From Candidatus Latescibacterota bacterium (GTDB lineage Bacteria; Latescibacterota; UBA2968; UBA8231), in contig OZ253462.1 in NCBI GenBank assembly GCA_965261395.1, positions 1,568,001-1,632,000 of the forward strand: 64,000 nucleotides of DNA, written 5' to 3'. Every line of letters begins with the position of its first letter. Positions within the stretch are counted from its first letter, which is position 1. Position numbers and translations under genes: made by a program. Under the pieces are notes generated by a model. The model made no database searches. It had not been told where the DNA came from and saw nothing but the letters and a program-made list of their open reading frames with translations. This document shows, one piece after another, positions 8,603 through 18,871 of this stretch.

Positions 8603-9967
8603 ATGGAGGGTATAACAGAGCGGAAAGCCGCTGCAAATCCGACCAAAGAGTTCTTCGTAAACATGATAACGCGAGACATAACTCTCGAAGATAGCATTTT
8701 TGACCTTATTGATAACAGTGTTGACGCCGCATGGAAGGCCATCGGCAGCCCTGCTATGAGCTTGATGGACGATACCGATCTTTCGGAATACTCGATCTCG
8801 ATTGAGCTTTCGCCCAAACAATTTTTGATTAGAGACAACTGTGGTGGTATGTCTCTCAATGATGCCGTAGATCATGCCTTTAGCTTCGGTAGAAGAGAAT
8901 CCGAAGAAAACGACGATTACAGCATAGGTGTTTATGGTATCGGGATGAAACGAGCGGTATTCAAGATTGGCAGAGAGATACGAATCAGAAGCACCGTCAC
9001 GGAGGATAATGGATCAACGTTGGCTTTTGCAGTTCCGATCAGCGTAAACAACTGGTTGAAAAGCAACAATCCTCCTTGGGATTTCGATATTGTCGATGAC
9101 GAAAAATTGGATAAACATGGTGTCGAGATCGTTGTTGAAGATCTTACGCTGGCCGCTAGAATCTCACTTAACAATCCCGCGTTTATTGAGAACCTTCGAC
9201 GCATGATCACTCGAGATTACATGATCTATTTGAATCGAGGACTCAATATAACGGTCTGTGGTCAAGAAATAACCAGTATGCCGATCAAGCTTGCTCGAAG
9301 CGATGATTTTGCTCCGTTGCGTGATAACTACAGGGAGCAACAGAATGGTGAATTTGTCTCCGTGGAGATCATTGGAGGAATGGCTGCCGCGCCGCCTGAC
9401 AGTACGGAGCCAGATGAGAAACACGATGGCGATAAAAGATTCGGGTGGTATGTCGCATGCAATGGGCGGATCGTTCTCGCTGCTGACAAATCTACTATCT
9501 CGGGTTGGGGAACTTCAGACTGGCCACAGTGGCACCGTCAATATTCTGGATTTATTGGCTTCGTGCTTTTCTCCGCTCCAAATACTGCTACACTTCCACT
9601 GACGACCACAAAGCGCAGTGTCGACTTAACCTCTGAAATTTTTAAGCAGGCACAAATTAAGATGCGTGCTCTTTCGAAAGAGTGGATCGCCTACACAAAT
9701 ACTAGAAAACAGACACTGAAGGAGGCGAAAGAGAAAGAAGATAAAACGGAAGCTGTTACAATACAGTCCGTTAAGAAGAGCAGTGCAATAAGGCTTCCTA
9801 AACTTAAGCCGAAAGATGTGGAACGACCTGCCAACGTCCATTACTCGGTTCCGGTGACCAAGATTAAGGAACTCGCAAAAGGATTTGGCAGTATAAGCAT
9901 GTCATATCGCGATGTGGGCCTCAAGTCTTTCGAATATGCATACGACGATCTTGTCGAGGATGAATGA
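8603..9967 (+). CDS. GHKL (HATPase_c/MORC-like) ATPase
   Basis: DLIDNSVDA, DNCGGM and IGVYGIGMKRA motifs; GWYVACNGR and LPLTTTK S5-like region; AGGAG RBS. Confidence 0.88.
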   Translation: MEGITERKAAANPTKEFFVNMITRDITLEDSIFDLIDNSVDAAWKAIGSPAMSLMDDTDLSEYSISIELSPKQFLIRDNCGGMSLNDAVDHAFSFGRRESEENDDYSIGVYGIGMKRAVFKIGREIRIRSTVTEDNGSTLAFAVPISVNNWLKSNNPPWDFDIVDDEKLDKHGVEIVVEDLTLAARISLNNPAFIENLRRMITRDYMIYLNRGLNITVCGQEITSMPIKLARSDDFAPLRDNYREQQNGEFVSVEIIGGMAAAPPDSTEPDEKHDGDKRFGWYVACNGRIVLAADKSTISGWGTSDWPQWHRQYSGFIGFVLFSAPNTATLPLTTTKRSVDLTSEIFKQAQIKMRALSKEWIAYTNTRKQTLKEAKEKEDKTEAVTIQSVKKSSAIRLPKLKPKDVERPANVHYSVPVTKIKELAKGFGSISMSYRDVGLKSFEYAYDDLVEDE

Positions 9968-10920
9968 TGTCTTCATTCGATGTAGTGAACTACAGTCTTA
10001 GGCCTAGCAAAAGTATTCAAAGGCAGATTATTTTTGACGGTATCAACACCTTAACGCCTCGCCTCGATCTTAATTTGAGCCAATTTATTTACATTGGTCT
10101 CGGATCGATCTGGTTCACAGATTTTGTTATGGCCCACAAGCTGCTCGGCATAAAAAATATGATCTCTATGGAGGAAGACTGTATCGGCTACAAACGAGCT
10201 TGTTTCAATACTCCCTATGCGACTGTAAGTGTTCAAAAAGGGTCTTCCTATACAATTCTTCCAACGCTTTTCGACGATGAAGACATCAGTCGGTATCCAT
10301 GGCTGATTTGGTTAGACTATGACAGTGAATTTGGTGAAGAACTACGGGACGACACTCGTGCTGTGATTGAAAGAGCTCCAGACAACACGCTTTTTTTGAT
10401 TACTTTTAACGGTAATGATTATAAATATGGAAAACCTAAAGAGAGACCTGAGAGGCTCCAGCAATTGTTTGAAGATGTGGTTCCAGATAACCTCTCCAAG
10501 CAGTGTTGCAAGAATACCCGTATGCAAAAAACCTTAGCCGATTTTGCTATCGACTTCATGCAATCTGTGGCAGCGAATTCAAGACGTCGGGGAGGACTCG
10601 TGCCAGCATTCCGGGTGATATACAAAGATAGTGCCGCTATGGTGACGGTCGGTGGCTTCCTAGCATCGTCTCTGCAGTTAGCTGATAAAGCACAGGAGAT
10701 CGTAAAAGAGGCAGACTGGAAATGTCGGCCGAAGGAAACTATCGTCGCACCCCATCTTACAATTCGAGAGGCGGTGACCCTTCAATCGAATCTTCCCAAC
10801 ACGGAAGGTTTATCTAGAAAAATTGTACAGTCTTTAGGATTTGATCTTGAAGATAATCAGATCAAGATCTACGAAAAATACTATCGTGAGTATCCGTCAT
10901 TTGCACAGATCATTACCTAG
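9964..10920 (+). CDS. putative SAM-dependent O-methyltransferase-fold protein
   Basis: VNYSLRPSKSIQR, YIGLGSIWFTDF and IWLDYD motifs; ATGA overlap with the ATPase. Confidence 0.7.
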   Translation: MMSSFDVVNYSLRPSKSIQRQIIFDGINTLTPRLDLNLSQFIYIGLGSIWFTDFVMAHKLLGIKNMISMEEDCIGYKRACFNTPYATVSVQKGSSYTILPTLFDDEDISRYPWLIWLDYDSEFGEELRDDTRAVIERAPDNTLFLITFNGNDYKYGKPKERPERLQQLFEDVVPDNLSKQCCKNTRMQKTLADFAIDFMQSVAANSRRRGGLVPAFRVIYKDSAAMVTVGGFLASSLQLADKAQEIVKEADWKCRPKETIVAPHLTIREAVTLQSNLPNTEGLSRKIVQSLGFDLEDNQIKIYEKYYREYPSFAQIIT

Positions 10921-10976
10921 GGATATTCTTCGATCCCAAAAGCGTGGACGTATCCTCTCTAGAGAGGAGAGAGACC

Positions 10977-12050
10977 ATGGGGAGTGATGCTGAGGGTAGA
11001 ATGAAACTAATCGATCTGTTCTCCGGATGTGGTGGGTTTTCACTCGGAGCGCATCAGGCTGGTCTCAACGTCGTTGCTGCGTTCGACAATGACCCTACTT
11101 TAGCTTCTTCCTATCCGCTCAACTTTCCCAACACACGAATGATGTTGATGGACGTGACGCAGCTTGATGGTGAATCTATCCGCTCAGCCATCGGACGTAT
11201 AGATGGAATCTTAGGCGGCCCACCCTGCCAAGGTTTTAGTGTTATCGGTAAGCGTCATCCTGATGATCCCCGTAGATTGTTGTTAAATCACTTTTTCAGA
11301 ATCGTTCGGGAAATACGACCTTCCTTTTTCGTGATGGAGAATGTGCTTGGGCTTGCCTATTCGGGTGCCCGTGCCGTATTGAAGAAGGCGCTACGCCTTG
11401 TTGACGATGAATATTCGGTTTTGGGACCTATGACTTGGAGTGCTGCGGAATTTGGTGCTGCAACAAATCGTCCGCGACTTTTCGTTATCGGCGTTCATAA
11501 AGACAGTGGTGAAGCGTTGACCTTGGAGGACTTCGATACCATGAAGCGGACTCCAGCGACGGTCAGAGCCGCCATTGCTGATTTGGAGAATGCGACCCCT
11601 TTAGAAGAGCAAGATGGGTTTGACGTTTGGCAGATTGCACGAAGGGGTCGCCCCTTCGAGTACGCTCGTGCCTTGCGGTCACCGGATCGATGCTTTACCA
11701 GCCACCGAACAACCAATCACTGTTTGCGGGTAGTTACTCGCTTCAAAGAGGTTGCCGAGGGAGGCGTCGACCCAGTCGGACGCCACCCGCGTTTAGCTTG
11801 GTCCGGTCAATGCCCAACGCTTCGAGCAGGTACGGGTACTGATCGAGGATCCTATCAATCGGTTCGGCCTCTTCACCCGGAACAACCGCGCGTCATAACC
11901 GTAAGAGAAGCTGCTAGACTTCAGGGCTTCCCTGATGCCCATCGTTTCCATTCAACAGTCTGGCACTCGTTTAGGATGATTGGAAACAGCGTATCTCCCA
12001 TTATGGCGCAGGCGATTTTCAAGGTAATTGGAGCAAAACTCGATAACTGA
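10977..12050 (+). CDS. dcm: DNA (cytosine-5) methyltransferase
   Basis: DLFSGCGG, GGPPCQGFS, MENV, RPRLF, TVREAARLQGFP and IGNSV motifs; alternative start at 11001. Confidence 0.95.
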   Translation: MGSDAEGRMKLIDLFSGCGGFSLGAHQAGLNVVAAFDNDPTLASSYPLNFPNTRMMLMDVTQLDGESIRSAIGRIDGILGGPPCQGFSVIGKRHPDDPRRLLLNHFFRIVREIRPSFFVMENVLGLAYSGARAVLKKALRLVDDEYSVLGPMTWSAAEFGAATNRPRLFVIGVHKDSGEALTLEDFDTMKRTPATVRAAIADLENATPLEEQDGFDVWQIARRGRPFEYARALRSPDRCFTSHRTTNHCLRVVTRFKEVAEGGVDPVGRHPRLAWSGQCPTLRAGTGTDRGSYQSVRPLHPEQPRVITVREAARLQGFPDAHRFHSTVWHSFRMIGNSVSPIMAQAIFKVIGAKLDN

Positions 12051-12136
12051 TCCAAAAATTGGCTCAGGCTTTTACCGAATGCACTTCCTGTCACGGTCAC
12101 ATGAGAATCATCGTAGCTCTCCCCTGACCAAGTACT

Positions 12137-12257
12137 CAATCATACCCACCTGACCGCGGCCGAATGGGCGGTTATCTCGCGGATGTGCGGCACGGCGTGG
12201 GACGAAGATCCCGACGGCTACTGGCCCCCGGCAACGCCCAAACCCGGGACGTACTAA
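12137..12257 (+). repeat. direct repeat copy C: last ~40 codons of gene X
   Basis: NHTHLTAAEWAVISRMCGTAWDEDPDGYWPPATPKPGTY* matches 5230-5350; 18 bp before the next gene. Confidence 0.95.
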
Positions 12258-12275
12258 ATACACAAGGATTGAATC

Positions 12276-13535
12276 ATGGCCAAAAAACGCGACAAACAAC
12301 CTCCCATCCGCGTCGGCGTAGTCGGCGTCGGTCGCGGCCGCTCCTTCATGCAGGCGGCTGCGGCAACCGGCATGAAACTGGTCGCCATTTGCGACATTTG
12401 GGAAGAGCGCCTCATTGCAGAAGGCAAGGCGCTCAACGTGCCAACATTCGTCGATTACGACGAATTCCTCGGCTGCGACATGGACGCGGTCGTGCTAGCC
12501 AACTACTTCCACCAGCACGCGCCGTTTGCCATCAAAGCACTCAACGCCGGCAAACACGTAATGAGTGAAACCGCGGCCTGCCACACCTTGGGCGAAGGCG
12601 TGGCGCTGGCGCGATCAGTCGAGAAAAGCGGCAAGATTTACATGTTCGCCGAGAACTACCCCTACATGGTCTTCAACCAAGAGATGAAGCGGCTCTACCA
12701 AAAGGGCCGCGTCGGCGAGTTCAAATACGGCGAGGGCGAGTACGTCCACCCCGACCCACCCGAAGTGAAACTGGCGCGTAGCTGCGGGCGCGACCACTGG
12801 CGCAACTGGATCCCCGCCACCTACTACTGCACCCATTCCATCGCCCCGGTCATGTACATCACCGACACCCGACCCGTAAAAGTGAACGGCTTTGTCATCC
12901 CCTTTGATTTCGCCGACTCCACCCAAACGCTACACATGAACCGCAGTGACACCGCCGCAGTGATCATCTGCCGGATGGACAACGACGCGGTAATGAAGTC
13001 GCTGCACGGTGCGCTGCGCGGCCACGGCATCTACGTCCGCATCCACGGCAACAAGGGGGTGATGGAAAACTGCCGCCACGGCGACAAACAGCGGCTACGC
13101 GTGTGGTACGAACCGTGGGAAAAGCGCCAGAGCGATCCGGTCGAAACGGTGTACAGTCCCGACTTCCCCGTGCATCATGGCCTAGCGGCGCGCGCTGGAC
13201 ACGGCGGCGGCGACTTTTTCACCAGCTACCACTTTGCCGAGGCCATCCGCACCGGCGAGCCGCCCTATCTCGACGTGTATCGCGGCATCGACATGAGTAT
13301 CGCCGGAATCCAAGCGTGGCGTTCGGCACTGAACGACTCGGCACCACTGGAAGTCCCCGACTTCCGCCGCGAGTCGGTGCGCCGAAAATACGCCAAAGAC
13401 GACTGGTCGCCCGACCCCGAACGCAAAAAGAAAGGGCAGCCGCCGAGCAGTGTTTTGGGTGCAATCGAACCGGACGCCGAGGCGAAAAAGCTGGCGAGGA
13501 AAGTCTGGGCAGACCAGGGCTATCTGGGCGATTGA
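12276..13535 (+). CDS. Gfo/Idh/MocA-family oxidoreductase
   Basis: IRVGVVGVGRG, AGKHVMSE, AENY and GHGGGD motifs. Confidence 0.92.
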   Translation: MAKKRDKQPPIRVGVVGVGRGRSFMQAAAATGMKLVAICDIWEERLIAEGKALNVPTFVDYDEFLGCDMDAVVLANYFHQHAPFAIKALNAGKHVMSETAACHTLGEGVALARSVEKSGKIYMFAENYPYMVFNQEMKRLYQKGRVGEFKYGEGEYVHPDPPEVKLARSCGRDHWRNWIPATYYCTHSIAPVMYITDTRPVKVNGFVIPFDFADSTQTLHMNRSDTAAVIICRMDNDAVMKSLHGALRGHGIYVRIHGNKGVMENCRHGDKQRLRVWYEPWEKRQSDPVETVYSPDFPVHHGLAARAGHGGGDFFTSYHFAEAIRTGEPPYLDVYRGIDMSIAGIQAWRSALNDSAPLEVPDFRRESVRRKYAKDDWSPDPERKKKGQPPSSVLGAIEPDAEAKKLARKVWADQGYLGD

Positions 13536-13539
13536 TTCT

Positions 13540-13695
13540 TCACAAAGCGCTCTTGGGACGCTCCTTGGTTGGATCTAAAAATGGCACCCGCACCACCTCG
13601 GCATCCACAATACCGTCCAACTGGACCTTCACTTGTGTGCCCCTGCTCCAGTGAGACCGAGGCATGACGGCCAGCGCTATGTTCGACTTGAGACC
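13540..13695 (-). pseudogene. 3' stub of a GcvT/aminomethyltransferase-family gene
   Basis: LKSNIALAVMP...GTQVKV...AEVVRVPFLDPTKERPK resembles the GcvT C-terminal barrel. Confidence 0.6.
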
Positions 13696-13780
13696 GTCTA
13701 TTACCAGAGTTTGTGCCATCTGAGAACCTCTAGTTGTTTGGTTTTTTAGACACGACGCAACACGCAAGAGTTAACAAAAC

Positions 13781-16273
<2,493 letters not shown>

Positions 16274-16317
16274 TCATAGGTGCGGACGATGCTACCATAT
16301 AAATATGGTGTTTACCC

Positions 16318-17409
16318 TCAAAAATCCATCGCCGGCGGTCCCGCGTAGCCAATGCTCTGCCACCCAGCGACATCGCCGCCCGTGAGGCGATAGGGGTGCG
16401 GATACAGCTTCAGCGTGCGGTCCGCAAAAGGCAGGGACACCCGCTCGTGCTCCCGATGGGCCGAGCGCACCAAGGCGATAGCCACTTCGAGCGAGTGGCG
16501 ATAGTCGTCGCCGCTGCTATACGGCTCGGTGCCGACCTGATGGGCGCGTATCAGGCGCTCGACCGTATAGGCAAAAGCGTCCGCCGCTGACCGATCTAAA
16601 AAGTCGGGATACACCGGAGAAGCCGCCGCGCCGGTCCCCTCGATTAATACGGGCCGTGGACGCGCCAAAAAAACCTGCCCACGCTCGCCAACGACCGAGA
16701 TAAAGGTCGGCACGCGGCCATCCGGCTCAGGGGCGACGATCTCGCAGACAATGCCGCCGCTCAGACCCAAGCGGCCGTACGCAGGTACATCCCCCTCCTC
16801 TATAGGAGTGCCTTCAGCCACGTACCCCGGCTCCGCCGGCAAGGTGTACCCTTCCACCCATTCCACATCCATCCCAGTGAGGATGCGCAGCGCAGCAATC
16901 TGCACGCAACCGCCACCCGACACCTCGGTCGGCAGCCCACCCGGAATCGCCGCCGAGGTCAACCGTCCAATGTGCCCCTGCCGCACCCACTCGACCACCT
17001 CGGGCATATACGGCGTCGCCCATCCGGCCTGAGCGCAACCGAACAACGTGCCGTGCTCCCCGCAGATGCGGATCATTTCGTCCGCCTCGTGTAGCTGGTG
17101 AGAAATCGGCTTCTCGCAGGAAACCACTCGCACGCCAGCGCGAGCGCAGGCGGTGACGCAGGGATAGTTCTGGCTCACCGGGACCACTGCGGAGACAATG
17201 TCGGGCACTTCGGCCGCCAAAAGGCCGTCGAGATCGTCGTACACCTTCTCCACGCCGTAGCGCCGGGCAATGGCATCCCGCCGCTCTCTGGCGCGATCGA
17301 CGAGGCCGACAATCGTGCAATTGGGATGGGTGGCGTAGGCGCGCGTGTAGTAGCGGCCCCACGTGCCGGCCGCGCCGACGACGGCCACCCGGTATTGTTT
17401 ATTGGTCAT
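16318..17409 (-). CDS. Gfo/Idh/MocA-family oxidoreductase
   Basis: YRVAVVGAAGTWG and CEKP motifs; AGGAGG RBS. Confidence 0.9.
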   Translation of the reverse strand: MTNKQYRVAVVGAAGTWGRYYTRAYATHPNCTIVGLVDRARERRDAIARRYGVEKVYDDLDGLLAAEVPDIVSAVVPVSQNYPCVTACARAGVRVVSCEKPISHQLHEADEMIRICGEHGTLFGCAQAGWATPYMPEVVEWVRQGHIGRLTSAAIPGGLPTEVSGGGCVQIAALRILTGMDVEWVEGYTLPAEPGYVAEGTPIEEGDVPAYGRLGLSGGIVCEIVAPEPDGRVPTFISVVGERGQVFLARPRPVLIEGTGAAASPVYPDFLDRSAADAFAYTVERLIRAHQVGTEPYSSGDDYRHSLEVAIALVRSAHREHERVSLPFADRTLKLYPHPYRLTGGDVAGWQSIGYAGPPAMDF

Positions 17410-17470
17410 GTTAGCCTCCTGATTGACGGGGATAGAGGTCGCGGTTATATTTTTGCGCGGAGAATGAATA

Positions 17471-17530
17471 ATGCAGACCCTACGCGCAGATCGCCACTAC
17501 TATTATACCTCGCTTGATAGAGAGGGGTAG
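17471..17530 (+). CDS. tyrS leader peptide MQTLRADRHYYYTSLDREG
   Basis: GGAGA RBS (17459-17463) 7 nt before ATG; TAC TAT TAT at 17498-17506; stop at 17528-17530. Confidence 0.75.
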   Translation: MQTLRADRHYYYTSLDREG

Positions 17531-17562
17531 TGCGTTTGCTTTATTGTCTCAACCGCGTGTAC

Positions 17563-17589
17563 AAGCCCCTGATTACAGGGGCTTTTTTT
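17563..17589 (+). terminator. intrinsic terminator (attenuator) in the tyrS 5' leader
   Basis: AAGCCCCTG-ATTA-CAGGGGCTT plus T tract, ending 23 nt before the tyrS ATG; no other plus-strand gene upstream. Confidence 0.88.
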
Positions 17590-17612
17590 ATGCCTATAAA
17601 TAAGGAAATGTA

Positions 17613-18860
17613 ATGAACATCATACCCGATCTTCAGTTCCGCGGCCTGATCTACCAAGCCACCGACCTCGACGGCCTCGCTGAGCGCCTTGCCGCCGGTC
17701 CGATCGTGCTCTACAACGGCTTTGACCCGACCGCCGACAGCCTGACGGTGGGCAACCTCGTGCCGATCCTGCTCCTGCGCCGCTTCCAGCTCGCCGGCCA
17801 CAAAGTCATCGCCTTGGCTGGCGGCGGCACCGGCCTGATCGGCGATCCAGGCGGCAAGACCGAGGAGCGCCAGCTCAATGCCACCGACGTCGTGGCCGAG
17901 TGGACGCAGCAGGTCAAAGCCCAGCTAGAGCGCTTCCTCGAATTCGACGGCCCCAACCCCGCAGTGATGGTCGATAACCACGACTGGCTTGGCCAACTCG
18001 CGGCCATCGACTTTATGCGCGACGTCGGCAAGCACTTTCCAGTCCCCTACATGCTGGCCAAGGACTCGGTCGCCTCGCGCCTGGAAACAGGCATTTCCTA
18101 CACCGAGTTCAGCTACATGGTGCTACAGGCGTATGACTTCTTGGTCCTCAATAAAGAATACGGCTGCGAGTTGCAGACCGGTGGCTCTGACCAGTGGGGC
18201 AATATCACCGCCGGCACCGATCTGATCCGTCGCTCCGCCGGCAACCGGGCCTTTGGCCTGACCTGCCCGCTAGTGACCAAAGCAGACGGCACCAAGTTCG
18301 GCAAGACCGAGGCGGGCACGGTCTGGCTCGACGCCGCGAAGACCTCGGCTTACCAGTTTTACCAGTTCTGGATCAACGTCGAGGACCAGAAGGTCATCGA
18401 TTACCTGAAAACCTACACCTTCTTGGAGCAAGACGCGATCCTCCAACTCACCGAAGCCGTCCGCGACCAGCCCGAACGGCGCGAGGCCCAGCGCACCCTC
18501 GCTGCCGAGGCAACAACCCTAGTCCACGGGGCCGATGCGACGCGACGGGCCGAAAACATCTCGCATGCACTTTTTTATGGGGCGTTTCAGGATCTATCCG
18601 AGGAGGAAATCCTCGAAGGCTTTGACGACGTGCCAACGCACGCGATGGGGCAGGAGGAACTGGGGCTGGTCGATCTGCTCGTCGCGGCCGGCGTCTCGCC
18701 CTCCAAGCGCCAAGCCCGCCAAGACGTGCAAAACGGCTCAATCTACATCAACGGCGAGCGCTGCACGGACATGGCGCGAAGCATGCGGTGCCAAGAGGGC
18801 CTACACGGCAAATACCTGATCGTGCGCCGAGGCAAGAAGCAGTACACCCTCGTCCGCTAG
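17613..18860 (+). CDS. tyrS: tyrosine--tRNA ligase
   Basis: YNGFDPTADSL, GGSDQWGNI and KFGKT motifs; C-terminal S4-like domain. Confidence 0.97.
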   Translation: MNIIPDLQFRGLIYQATDLDGLAERLAAGPIVLYNGFDPTADSLTVGNLVPILLLRRFQLAGHKVIALAGGGTGLIGDPGGKTEERQLNATDVVAEWTQQVKAQLERFLEFDGPNPAVMVDNHDWLGQLAAIDFMRDVGKHFPVPYMLAKDSVASRLETGISYTEFSYMVLQAYDFLVLNKEYGCELQTGGSDQWGNITAGTDLIRRSAGNRAFGLTCPLVTKADGTKFGKTEAGTVWLDAAKTSAYQFYQFWINVEDQKVIDYLKTYTFLEQDAILQLTEAVRDQPERREAQRTLAAEATTLVHGADATRRAENISHALFYGAFQDLSEEEILEGFDDVPTHAMGQEELGLVDLLVAAGVSPSKRQARQDVQNGSIYINGERCTDMARSMRCQEGLHGKYLIVRRGKKQYTLVR

Positions 18861-18871
18861 GAATCTGGGCT

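Noticed and set aside
17540-17590. T-box riboswitch upstream of tyrS (AACCGCG before the terminator)
   Set aside because: The GGTGG part of the T-box motif is absent and there is little room for stem I; the Tyr leader peptide explains the terminator better
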